Assembly (NCBI GenBank): GCA_963774065.1
Contig: CAVZDO010000002.1
Coordinates: 21,799-85,798, forward strand
DNA: 64,000 nucleotides
Direction: 5' to 3'
From: Chitinophagia bacterium
Lineage (GTDB): Bacteria > Bacteroidota > Bacteroidia > Chitinophagales > Chitinophagaceae
The notes under the pieces were generated by a model, which saw nothing but the letters and a program-made list of their open reading frames with translations, was not told the DNA's origin and made no database searches. Both the position numbers and the translations under genes were made by a program. The stretch's first letter is position 1. Each line of letters opens with the position of its first letter. Below, in pieces: positions 55,050 through 64,000 of this stretch.

Positions 55050-55625
55050 CTATCCCGCATGCTTTCCTTCATCAATTAATATTAGCGCGAACAATGCGTA
55101 ATTAATGATATCTATAAAATTTGCGTCTATACCTTCGCTGATAAGTGTTTTGCCATCATTGGCAATAATTTGTTTTACGCGAAGCAATTTCATCAAAATC
55201 AAATCAACAAAACTCTGCTGGCTCATATCTTTCCACGCTTCGCCATAATCATGATTTTTATCGAGCATTGTTTTTTTTGCGTCTCCGATTTTATCGTTGA
55301 ATAATTTTTCTACTTGATTCACAGGCAAATCTTCCACCGATTCATTGTTCAATTGCAATTGAATCAAACCTATCACTCCATAATTAACTATTCCCTTAAA
55401 TTCATCAGCAATATTATCGTCAACGCGTTTCGAAATTTTTTCCTGAACAGTTTTTATGCGTTGCGCTTTAATAAATATCTGGTCAACAATGGAAATATTG
55501 CGCAGTACGCGCCACGAGGTTCCGTAATCTTTTGTTTTTCTTATAAAAATTTCTTTGCACGATTCAACTTCTTTATCGTATTGCGAGTTAGTTGTGCTCA
55601 TTACCGGAATTTCTTCTATTTTCAA
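55050..55625 (-). CDS. DUF1599-like protein
   Basis: KDYGTSWRVLR and NHDYGEAWKDM repeats. It is divergent from folP, as recalled for Bacteroidota. Confidence 0.7.
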   Translation of the reverse strand: MKIEEIPVMSTTNSQYDKEVESCKEIFIRKTKDYGTSWRVLRNISIVDQIFIKAQRIKTVQEKISKRVDDNIADEFKGIVNYGVIGLIQLQLNNESVEDLPVNQVEKLFNDKIGDAKKTMLDKNHDYGEAWKDMSQQSFVDLILMKLLRVKQIIANDGKTLISEGIDANFIDIINYALFALILIDEGKHAG

Positions 55626-55759
55626 TTTAATTTGTGAATTCTAATATTATAGTTTCGGACTAAAAAATTTCTTTCTCACAGATTACACGGATATCCACAG
55701 ATTTTGATTTGCGAAAATCCGGGAAATCTGTGAGAAACTAAACGTAAAGATAACGCGCA

Positions 55760-56590
55760 ATGTTCACTTTGAATTGTAATGGAAAATTGCTTCAAATAAA
55801 TAATCCGCTGGTGATGGGTATAATTAATATTACGCCCGATTCATTTTATTCCGGTAGCAGATTTACCAATGAACCGGATATATTGCGCCAGGTTGAAAAA
55901 ATTATTAATGAAGAAGCGGATATTATTGATATAGGCGCACAAAGTACAAGACCGGGAGCGCAACAGTTAAGCGCAGATGAAGAATTAAAAAGATTGATGC
56001 CTGTAATTGAATTGCTGCATAAAAAATTTCCTGGTTTGATTATTTCCGTTGACACTTTTAATTCGTTAGTTGCAAAAGAATCTGTTGTTGCAGGCGCTTC
56101 AATGATCAATGATATCAGCGGTGGAAATTTTGATTTGGATATGCTTCAAGTTATTGGCAAATTAAAAGTTCCATACGTATGCATGCACATAAAAGGAACT
56201 CCGCAAACCATGCAAAAAAATCCTGCATATGAAAATGTAATCAAAGAAATTTTTGATTTTTTTATTGAAAGAATTGATGCGTGTAAAAAAGCGGGAATTA
56301 ATGATGTGATTATTGATCCGGGATTTGGATTTGGAAAAAATAAAGACCACAATTTTGAATTATTAAAAAACCTTCCGGTTTTTAAAATGCTTGAAAGACC
56401 AGTGCTGGCGGGCATTTCGCGAAAGTCAACTATTTATAAAACATTAGGAGTAACTACAGATGAAGCTTTGAACGGAAGCACTGTTTTGCATACAATAGCT
56501 TTACTGAACGGCGCAAATATTTTGCGTGTGCATGATGTTAAAGAAGCTAAGGAAGCGGTTAAGTTGTTTGTAGAATACTCAGGAGGTTGA
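55760..56590 (+). CDS. folP: Dihydropteroate synthase
   Basis: MGIINITPDSF, IIDIGAQSTRPG, NDISGG and DPGFGFGK. Confidence 0.92.
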   Translation: MFTLNCNGKLLQINNPLVMGIINITPDSFYSGSRFTNEPDILRQVEKIINEEADIIDIGAQSTRPGAQQLSADEELKRLMPVIELLHKKFPGLIISVDTFNSLVAKESVVAGASMINDISGGNFDLDMLQVIGKLKVPYVCMHIKGTPQTMQKNPAYENVIKEIFDFFIERIDACKKAGINDVIIDPGFGFGKNKDHNFELLKNLPVFKMLERPVLAGISRKSTIYKTLGVTTDEALNGSTVLHTIALLNGANILRVHDVKEAKEAVKLFVEYSGG

Positions 56591-56689
56591 TATGTTGAAT
56601 GGTTGAATTGATTGCAAAATCCAAATTCATCAACTACTCAATCTTTCAACCATTCAATCTTTCAACTCTTTTACCTAACACCGAACCTA

Positions 56690-57682
56690 CTATTTATTTT
56701 TCTTAGCCGGCATTTGAATCTGCCCCTTGCTATTCATCTGAAGTCTTGAACCAGGCATACCCGGCATTCCGCGCATACCTCTCGGTTGAGGCGGTGGCGC
56801 AACAGTAACACTGTCTATTTCAATATCAAAAATTAAATTTTCGAAAGGTTTTATAATGCTTCCGGCTCCTTGCTGTCCGTAGCCCATTACACCTGGTACA
56901 AAAATTTTCCCTTTATCTCCCTGGCGGAATTCAGTTGCCACATCAAGCATTCCGGGAATTGCACCTCCGCGGCCGGGAACAAAGCTAAAAGGATCGAGAG
57001 GATGTTTTTGAATTTGTTTCATGCTGTCAATATTCGAATCAAAATATTTTCCGTCGAAACTATAACCGTTATAGCTTACTGAAACTTTCTTTCCGGTATC
57101 TGCTTTTGGTCCGTTGCCATGTTCTGTGATCAAATAAAAATCGCCTTTAGCAGTTTGCTGAACGCCGGTAATATTATTCTTCTTTAAATAATCCTGTATA
57201 GCTGCAATTTCTTTTTGCTTTTCAATCTCGATTAATTTATTTCTGTCTTTAACAAATAAACTATCGGTGGCAAAAAGATCAATCACTCTCAACGTTGTAA
57301 TAAGTTTATCTGTTTTATGAATGAAAGGAGGAAGCGGTTGATGATACTTTCTTTGAATACTATCTGCAATTTGCACAACTACTGCGCTATCTCCTTTTCT
57401 AAGCATTGGAAATATTTCTGCTAACCTGTAATCTGGTCCAACGCTATCAACTCTTGCATATCCCGGCAAGGGCATAGTATCTGAGGAAAACAAAACGGAG
57501 TCGTGCACTTTTTGTTCGATATTGAATTTAAGATATTCTCCTCTTTTTGCTACACTGCCTTTTCCGTCAGAAATAATTTTGTATAATAAACCACTTTTGG
57601 TTTTTTTATATCCGCTGTTATTACAAGCCGATAATGCTGCGAACGCTAAAAAAACAAATAAATAAGATGCTCTTTTTTTCAT
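56690..57682 (-). CDS. FKBP-type peptidyl-prolyl isomerase lipoprotein
   Basis: Signal peptide with lipobox LSAC. The C-terminal FKBP domain carries VSYNGYSFDGKYFDS...LIFDIEI. Confidence 0.85.
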   Translation of the reverse strand: MKKRASYLFVFLAFAALSACNNSGYKKTKSGLLYKIISDGKGSVAKRGEYLKFNIEQKVHDSVLFSSDTMPLPGYARVDSVGPDYRLAEIFPMLRKGDSAVVVQIADSIQRKYHQPLPPFIHKTDKLITTLRVIDLFATDSLFVKDRNKLIEIEKQKEIAAIQDYLKKNNITGVQQTAKGDFYLITEHGNGPKADTGKKVSVSYNGYSFDGKYFDSNIDSMKQIQKHPLDPFSFVPGRGGAIPGMLDVATEFRQGDKGKIFVPGVMGYGQQGAGSIIKPFENLIFDIEIDSVTVAPPPQPRGMRGMPGMPGSRLQMNSKGQIQMPAKKNK

Positions 57683-57691
57683 TGTTGTAAT

Positions 57692-58705
57692 TTATAATTG
57701 TTGTAATTGTATCAGATTTTCTTTAATGGCAAAAATAAACTGATTTACTGTTTGCTCCAGCGTGCGGCTGCTTCTTCCGCCTGCAGCATTAAAATGGCCG
57801 CCGCCATCAAAATATTTTCTTGCAAAAGAATTTACGTCAAAATTATCCTTGCTCCTGAATGAACATTTTATTTCTTCATCGCGATCGATAATGAGTGCAA
57901 CGAGTTTAATTCCTTTTATAGTTAAAGGATAATTTACGAGACCTTCAGTGTCTCCGGTTTTAATTTCATATTTAACCAAATCTTTCCACGGCACAGATAT
58001 CAACGCAGCATTATACTCGTAATAAATCGTCATCCGGTTTAGTAAAACATGACCAAAAAAACGAAGCCGGTTCTCTAAAAAATTATCAAATAATTCTTCA
58101 TGAATTTTAGTATGCTCAAGCCCCACGTCTTTCAGCGCTGCAACCATTCGATGAACAGACGCTGTTGCCGAAGGAAAACGAAAGGAACCTGTATCTGTCA
58201 TCACACCTGCATACAAACATTCAGCTACAGGAATATTTATTTTTTCAGCATGCCCGGACGAAACGATAAAATCATAAATCATTTCAGATGTTGAACTTTT
58301 TTGCGTATCACTTATTCCATAGGTGAAGTTTTCCGTTTCCGGCTCCTGGTGATGATCTATAAGAATTTTAACTGCCGCCAGCTTTTTTAATTTTGGCGCT
58401 ATATGTCTTGCGCGAACAAGTGCATTAAAATCCAGGCAAAAAATCCAATCGGCTTCATCTAAAATTTTATTCGCCTTTTCGTTACTGTATTCATAATCTA
58501 TAACATCATTGCAACCCGGCATCCATTTTAACCAATCGGCCCAATTAGTCGGGCAAACAACATTTATTGAATGACCAAATTGAATAAGGAAGTGAAATAA
58601 TCCGAGCGAAGAACCCATAGCATCTGCGTCTGGCTTGAGATGCATGACGATGACAATTTTTTTGGGTTGGTCAAGTAATGGAATTATTTCCTCAATATTT
58701 TTCAT
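57692..58705 (-). CDS. DHH/DHHA1 phosphoesterase (NrnA-like)
   Basis: HLKPDADAMGS, IDHH and GGGHFNAAG. The start is at MKNIEEI. Confidence 0.85.
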   Translation of the reverse strand: MKNIEEIIPLLDQPKKIVIVMHLKPDADAMGSSLGLFHFLIQFGHSINVVCPTNWADWLKWMPGCNDVIDYEYSNEKANKILDEADWIFCLDFNALVRARHIAPKLKKLAAVKILIDHHQEPETENFTYGISDTQKSSTSEMIYDFIVSSGHAEKINIPVAECLYAGVMTDTGSFRFPSATASVHRMVAALKDVGLEHTKIHEELFDNFLENRLRFFGHVLLNRMTIYYEYNAALISVPWKDLVKYEIKTGDTEGLVNYPLTIKGIKLVALIIDRDEEIKCSFRSKDNFDVNSFARKYFDGGGHFNAAGGRSSRTLEQTVNQFIFAIKENLIQLQQL

Positions 58706-58851
58706 AAAATGTTTGCAAAGGTGCGTAATAAAAGTCAGTTTAGGAAATTGAATGGCGAATTGTGAATCATTATCCAAAATCTCGTATCTATTATTCATTG
58801 TCAATTATTCATTGTTCATTATCCATTACCTTTGCGTGCCAAAAACAGAAT

Positions 58852-59268
58852 ATGAGCAACAGAACTTTTACAATGATCAAGCCGGATGCTTACTCAAAAG
58901 GATATTCAGGGCTTATTATTGACCAAATAATTAAAGCTGGTTTTAAAATAGTTGGGTTGAAGCTGACAAAATTATCTGCTGAAAAAGCCGGCGAGTTTTA
59001 TGCGATTCATAAAGAGCGCGGATTTTTTCAGGAGCTTGTGGATTTTATGAGCAGCGGGCCGATAATTGCAGCTATTCTTGAAAAAGATAATGCCGTAGCG
59101 GATTTCAGAACCTTAATCGGCGCAACCGATCCGGCAAAAGCAGCGGAAGGAACGATACGGAAATTATATGCGTCTTCCGTTGGTGAAAATGCAGTGCATG
59201 GAAGCGACAGTGATGAAAATGCAAAAATAGAAAGTGATTTTTTCTTCAGTGCGTTTGAAAGATTTTAA
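58852..59268 (+). CDS. ndk: Nucleoside diphosphate kinase
   Basis: [10 protein letters not shown] and NAVHGSDS. Confidence 0.95.
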   Translation: MSNRTFTMIKPDAYSKGYSGLIIDQIIKAGFKIVGLKLTKLSAEKAGEFYAIHKERGFFQELVDFMSSGPIIAAILEKDNAVADFRTLIGATDPAKAAEGTIRKLYASSVGENAVHGSDSDENAKIESDFFFSAFERF

Positions 59269-59305
59269 TACAGCAGGAAACATTTAGTAAAGGATGTTAC
59301 ACAAG

Positions 59306-59381
59306 GCTGAATAGAGAACGAAAAGTACAAGAGTGCGACGCAAGAATGTTAAATAGATATTCTATCGCTGGTTACATAAAA
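59306..59381 (-). repeat. 19-nt-core intergenic repeat, copy 9
   Basis: Core at 59325-59343 (reverse orientation). Confidence 0.9.
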
Positions 59382-59411
59382 TAAAAAACATTCGGCTACA
59401 TTTTGTTGCAC

Positions 59412-60287
59412 TTAATTCTTCATAGGTGTAACTGTATAGCCATTTTTTCTAAGCAAATTAATCACTCCGTATTCGCCGGGCAAATGCGCGGCGCCAACTG
59501 CAAACAATAAGGATTTTGCAGGAAGCAATGTGTCCATTTGTTTAACCCAGTTTTTATTTCGATTGTTTAATAAAAGATCGACGTAATCATTTACCGTCAC
59601 ATCTCCTTTGCGCGATAATTCATCAATTTTATTTAAGTCCTGCTCTTTGTAAACCTGCACTAATGTTTTCATGGTTTGAAAATATTCGTCGGCGCTGTCG
59701 ATATAATTTAGAAGATCGTGCGCTTGTTTTTGATAAGGAATACTATCGAACAGTTGCGCCTGGAATTCTACAGTTTCCAATCCGTTTATTTTTTTGTTTG
59801 AACCATTCGCTTCTTTCATAATTTCCATTTCCATGCCATCGGTTTTTTTGCAATCCATATCCTGTTCTTCTATCATGCTGCTTATAAGGAGTGGCTTGAA
59901 ACGTTCGAGCATTCCGAAAGGCAGCATCGAAACATGTTTGGTAAAATAAGATTTCACTTTTGCATAATCATCAGCATTTAATAGGTCGGATAGTTTCGTT
60001 TCATTGTTCATGCGCAGATATTTGAGCGAGCTCAGCATCGCTGTCATATCGCTTAGATCTATTTCGAAAAAAATTTCATTGCAACCGGCTATAACTTTTT
60101 TCAATCCATCACTCAACACAGCATCGTCGGCGCATAAAATATGCATCGTGCCAAATAAATAAGATGGTCTTGTAAGATTTTTACCGGAGATTTTCCATAA
60201 TAATGTTTTAGAAGAATCACCTGGCTGAGCTTGCGCCGCGCAGGAAAATATTAACGTTGCAGCAATTAAAAGAAATATTTTGTTCAT
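59412..60287 (-). CDS. TraB/GumN family protein
   Basis: LLWKISGKNLTRPSYLFGTMHI plus a signal peptide. Confidence 0.8.
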   Translation of the reverse strand: MNKIFLLIAATLIFSCAAQAQPGDSSKTLLWKISGKNLTRPSYLFGTMHILCADDAVLSDGLKKVIAGCNEIFFEIDLSDMTAMLSSLKYLRMNNETKLSDLLNADDYAKVKSYFTKHVSMLPFGMLERFKPLLISSMIEEQDMDCKKTDGMEMEIMKEANGSNKKINGLETVEFQAQLFDSIPYQKQAHDLLNYIDSADEYFQTMKTLVQVYKEQDLNKIDELSRKGDVTVNDYVDLLLNNRNKNWVKQMDTLLPAKSLLFAVGAAHLPGEYGVINLLRKNGYTVTPMKN

Positions 60288-60368
60288 GATATGAAATTAT
60301 GAGTTATGAATTATGAGTTATGAATTATGAGTTTTCAAAAACGTTCACAATTCATCATTCATAATTTA
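60288..60368. repeat. Intergenic word hairpin (TTATGAGTTATGAA / TTCATCATTCATAA)
   Basis: Read directly from the sequence. Confidence 0.8.
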
Positions 60369-62297
60369 TCATTCATCATTAACTGTTGCTTCTTTTCCGT
60401 AAAGCTGATCTTTAAATTTTAATGATGGAGATGAAATAAATACGCCAATATTTAATTGATTCCATTTTTCATCCACGCGTTTGATCGTTTCATCATCTGC
60501 AACAATTATATTAGGCCATTCACGCTGAAAGTTATCAAACTCTTTTGTTTTTCTTGTTCCGTCAAAACCTATGCAGGCAAACCGTTGACCGTCGACTGTC
60601 GAGAGTTGACAGAGAACATTATCTCTTTTCGGATCGAGGTTATTACAAAAACGCCATAACGCAACGGGAAGATCGTTGGCATCAACGGTATGTTCTACGT
60701 ATAATATCATTTTTATTTTTTCAATTTGAGTCGTGGATTGGCAAATTTGCTGATGCAATTCTTTGATGTGCCCGACACGATTTTTTTTCACAGAAATTAT
60801 CAAACACGGAATTTCATTTTTTAATAAATCAATATTCACTTCCTTGATTTCTGAAAATGCGTTTTTTAAAATCTCACGAATTTTTATATCGTACATCTTA
60901 CTTCGTACATCGTACATCTCATCAATTTCTTCCTCAAATTTTTTAGTTCCGTCAATGCACATTTTACCACCGAAACCTAATTTGCTGCAGCTATGATCGA
61001 GAACATCCATAGGTCCTTGTGAAAAATAAATATCCGTTGCGGGATTGAGGTTTTGAAAAACATATTTAGCTAATCGCAGGTAGTCAGTTATTTTAACCTG
61101 CTCATCAGTAATCACTAAAATTTTATTGAACATCATTTGTCCGGCGCCCCACATTGCGTTCATTACTTTTTGCGCCTGCCCTGCATAATCTTTATGAATT
61201 TGTGTTATCACTAAATTATGAAACACGCCTTCTACCGGCATTTCCATATCAATAATTTCAGGAACTAAAGTCATTTTTATAGGTGCAAGAAAAATCCTTT
61301 CTGTAGCCTTGCCAAGCCACGCATCTTCTTGCGGCGGAATACCAACAATAGTTGCGGGATAAACAGGATTTTTTTTGTGCGTGATGCAGGTGATATGAAA
61401 ACGCGGATACCAATCCGGCAATGAATAATAACCTGTGTGATCGCCAAATGGACCTTCCCAAATCAATTCATCATTTGGATCAACATAACCTTCAATAATA
61501 AAATCTGCATCAGCTGGAACTTCAATTTCCGGTTGCGTAATGCATTTCACCAACTCCACTTTTTGTTTTCGCAAAAAACCAGCGAGCATGTATTCATCAA
61601 CATTTTCGGGCAATGGCGCAGTTGCACAATACGCATATACCGGATCTCCGCCGAGCGCAACAGCAACCGGCATTCTCTTATTTAATTTTTTGTATTCAGA
61701 AAAATGTTTCGCGCTCACTTTGTGTTTGTGCCAATGCATTCCGGTTAAGGTTGCGCCAAATATCTGCATACGATACATGCCAACATTTCTAATTCCGCTG
61801 TTGGGATCTTTGGTATGAATTATAGGTAATGTTACAAACGGTCCGCCATCTTTTGGCCAACAGGTAATGACCGGTAATTTTGTAATGTCGGGGTTTGATA
61901 AAATTATTTCCTGGCATTCGCCTTTGCCGTTTTTTACTTTCGGCATCCAGCCTGCAAACTGGCTGAGCTTAGGCAGCAATTTTAATTTGTCAATTATTCC
62001 TTCTTTCGGTGCGGATAATAACTTGAACAGATCTTCAATTTCTTTGGCAACATCATTTAATTGTTTTACGCCAAGCGCGAGGCACATTCGTTTTTCACTT
62101 CCGTAGGCATTCATCAAGACCGGAAAATCGAAACCTGTATTTTCAAATAGTAACGCTTTATTTTGATTGGATGATTTGCTTATTCTGTCTGTGATCTCTG
62201 CAATTTCCAAATGAGGATCAACATAAGATTTGATGCGCAACAATTCTTTTTCATTTTCTAATCTGCTGATAAATTCCTGGAGATTGCGATAGGCCAT
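60369..62297 (-). CDS. UbiD-family decarboxylase (menaquinone/ubiquinone biosynthesis type)
   Basis: The N-terminus NLQEFISRLENEKELLRI and the segments GPFGDHTGYY and WGAGQMMF. Confidence 0.9.
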   Translation of the reverse strand: MAYRNLQEFISRLENEKELLRIKSYVDPHLEIAEITDRISKSSNQNKALLFENTGFDFPVLMNAYGSEKRMCLALGVKQLNDVAKEIEDLFKLLSAPKEGIIDKLKLLPKLSQFAGWMPKVKNGKGECQEIILSNPDITKLPVITCWPKDGGPFVTLPIIHTKDPNSGIRNVGMYRMQIFGATLTGMHWHKHKVSAKHFSEYKKLNKRMPVAVALGGDPVYAYCATAPLPENVDEYMLAGFLRKQKVELVKCITQPEIEVPADADFIIEGYVDPNDELIWEGPFGDHTGYYSLPDWYPRFHITCITHKKNPVYPATIVGIPPQEDAWLGKATERIFLAPIKMTLVPEIIDMEMPVEGVFHNLVITQIHKDYAGQAQKVMNAMWGAGQMMFNKILVITDEQVKITDYLRLAKYVFQNLNPATDIYFSQGPMDVLDHSCSKLGFGGKMCIDGTKKFEEEIDEMYDVRSKMYDIKIREILKNAFSEIKEVNIDLLKNEIPCLIISVKKNRVGHIKELHQQICQSTTQIEKIKMILYVEHTVDANDLPVALWRFCNNLDPKRDNVLCQLSTVDGQRFACIGFDGTRKTKEFDNFQREWPNIIVADDETIKRVDEKWNQLNIGVFISSPSLKFKDQLYGKEATVNDE

Positions 62298-62381
62298 GTA
62301 ATTGAATATTTAATATCGAATATTTAATATTTAGGGAACTTCAATATTAAATATTACATCTGCAATATTAAATAGAAAGGA

Positions 62382-63230
62382 TTAGAAAACGGGCTTGGGG
62401 CAATCCACACGACTTTTGCCATATCTTTCCGATCCTTCACTGCTATATCCATCTCCAAAAGTGATACTAACCCGGATGCCGGAAAAATAATACCAGTCGT
62501 TATATTTCGAGTTGCCGCGCAAGGTTCCGCCGGCGGGATATGGAGCGCCATTTTTTAATTCGTCTCCACGGTACGCCATTTCCACAGCAACCGGGCCTTT
62601 AGCTGCCAGCAAGGTGGCTTCATCTACATAACGTTTGCTAACATCATCTAAATAATCTGTAAATAATTTACGGAAGCTGATTTCATAAGCCAACACAACA
62701 TTGTTTGTTATGCGCAACTTAATACCCAATCCAAATGGAATGGCAAGTTGCGTGAGAGCATATTCCTTATTGCCAGTTGAAGGCAAGCCCTCACCCTCTG
62801 TGCTTAATGGGCGCAAATAAATTTTATTGCCCAACGTATCGTAAGCGTAAGGATTAAAATGATAAATAGCTAATCCCGCAAAGGCATAGGGAGTAAATCT
62901 GTGCTCATTGAGATCAAAAAGATTATACTCAGCCATTACGTTCCATTCAAAAATTTTAGTTTGAAAACTTAAGTTACGGGCCACCAAATCGGGCTTATTA
63001 AATTTATCCGATGCGCCAACATGACCAAGATTAAACCCTGAGAGCAACGAAAAATGCGGTGTTAAATCGTATTGACCGCTAATGCCGAAAGCCCCATAGG
63101 ATTGGTCGAGAGTAAATCTTTTACTTTGAAGATCACCGGAGTAGTTTGAAAAACCGCCAAAAATATTAAGGTGAAACTGTGCCTGTAAACCAAATGGAAT
63201 TAATAGAACAATACCAAAAATTTTCTTCAT
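62382..63230 (-). CDS. Outer-membrane beta-barrel-like protein (DUF6089-like)
   Basis: Signal peptide MKKIFGIVLLIPFGLQAQ, an alternating beta-strand pattern and a C-terminal F. The longer ORF start was rejected. Confidence 0.6.
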   Translation of the reverse strand: MKKIFGIVLLIPFGLQAQFHLNIFGGFSNYSGDLQSKRFTLDQSYGAFGISGQYDLTPHFSLLSGFNLGHVGASDKFNKPDLVARNLSFQTKIFEWNVMAEYNLFDLNEHRFTPYAFAGLAIYHFNPYAYDTLGNKIYLRPLSTEGEGLPSTGNKEYALTQLAIPFGLGIKLRITNNVVLAYEISFRKLFTDYLDDVSKRYVDEATLLAAKGPVAVEMAYRGDELKNGAPYPAGGTLRGNSKYNDWYYFSGIRVSITFGDGYSSEGSERYGKSRVDCPKPVF

Positions 63231-63843
63231 GATTTTGATTAAACGATAATAAATGGATGGGTACAGGATCAACAACAAGATTTCAGAATAGCAAGGCAAA
63301 AATACAATTAGATGTAGAAACGCAAGTATTGCGCCAAAAGTTGTGTGAGTTACTGACAAAATAAGTTAAAAGCTGTTAACAAATTTATTGCTTGGAGTAA
63401 AGTTGGCAGCTTCAATTGTTTAATTGCGGTTTGTCAATCGATAGTGCACGAATTATGATCCATCACAAATAAAAAAATTACTCATCAGTTAGCAAGAAGC
63501 TGATATGGTAAAAACGCTTATTTTTTATCCTCATTTTTAAAAGAAAGGCCGTACAAATTTACCAAGCAGCTAAATTCTTAATTTGATAGTCTTAGGGTGA
63601 TGAAAGGAATAAATGTCATTCAAACACGTATTTTTAGAAATGTAGAAATAGTTTGGGTTTTAAAATATTTTTTTGCAATAAATAAAAAGTGTCTAAATTA
63701 CATTTAATTTTTATTCCGGTCTTTTAAAATGTCAAAAGAACATTTATAATCTGAATGATGGAATTTGATTTTTAAATAAACTTTATCCGGGTTGTTATGA
63801 AAAAAATAATCGACCTGATTTCTTAATCTAACGCGCTTAAACA

Positions 63844-64000
63844 ATGAAAAGAGTTAACCAAAAAAATCTGCGTGGATTTTTTATATCCATTGTCAGCATG
63901 TTTGTTCTGCTATTAATCAGCAATCATGCATGGTCACAAAATTCCCGAACAATTACAGGAACTGTGAAAGATGCCAAAGGAATGCCTTTGAGCGGCGCCA
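63844..64000 (+). CDS. SusC/RagA-type TonB-dependent receptor, 3' end outside window
   Basis: A signal peptide is followed by ITGTVKDAKGMPLSGA, a carboxypeptidase-regulatory-like N-terminal domain. Confidence 0.7.
   Translation, partial: MKRVNQKNLRGFFISIVSMFVLLLISNHAWSQNSRTITGTVKDAKGMPLSGA

Noticed and set aside
62382-63359. Long form of the outer-membrane protein ORF (start at 63359)
   Set aside because: The extra 43 residues precede a canonical signal peptide, MKKIFGIVLLIPFGLQAQ. The internal ATG at 63230 is the plausible start.

Overview
Low-GC Bacteroidota-type chromosome segment (Chitinophagia/Sphingobacteriia-like, judged from gene content and protein style). About 85% is ordinary housekeeping and glycan-utilisation coding sequence: serA, gyrA, lgt, hsp20, rpmI-rplT, pgm, cobB, ribH, pdhA, recF, cdd, lepB, folP, ndk, a UbiD-family decarboxylase, and GH97, GH16 and GH29 glycosidases. 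I found no rRNA, tRNA, CRISPR, integrase, transposase or recognisable defence gene. Three things stand out. (1) An AT-rich accessory island of about 9.7 kb (about 3.1-12.8 kb) carries only orphan genes. These are four small membrane-anchored proteins; a lipoprotein with a C-terminal HExxH domain whose signal peptide is out of frame at an A8 tract; and a recently duplicated small-lipoprotein cassette whose substitutions are mostly synonymous. The island also holds several structured repeats: roughly 88-nt long-stem elements, a 21/42-bp phased array, four copies of a roughly 210-bp unit with a covarying terminator-like hairpin (candidate sRNA family), and a run of orphan terminators. (2) A roughly 75-bp intergenic repeat with an invariant 19-nt core, TTGCGTCGCACTCTTGTAC, is present nine times. 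(3) Most intergenic spacers are built from short tandem words arranged as long imperfect hairpins. No known multi-gene system is identified. The island and the two repeat families are the best candidates for something undescribed. All functional calls rest on motifs recognised by eye, not on database searches.
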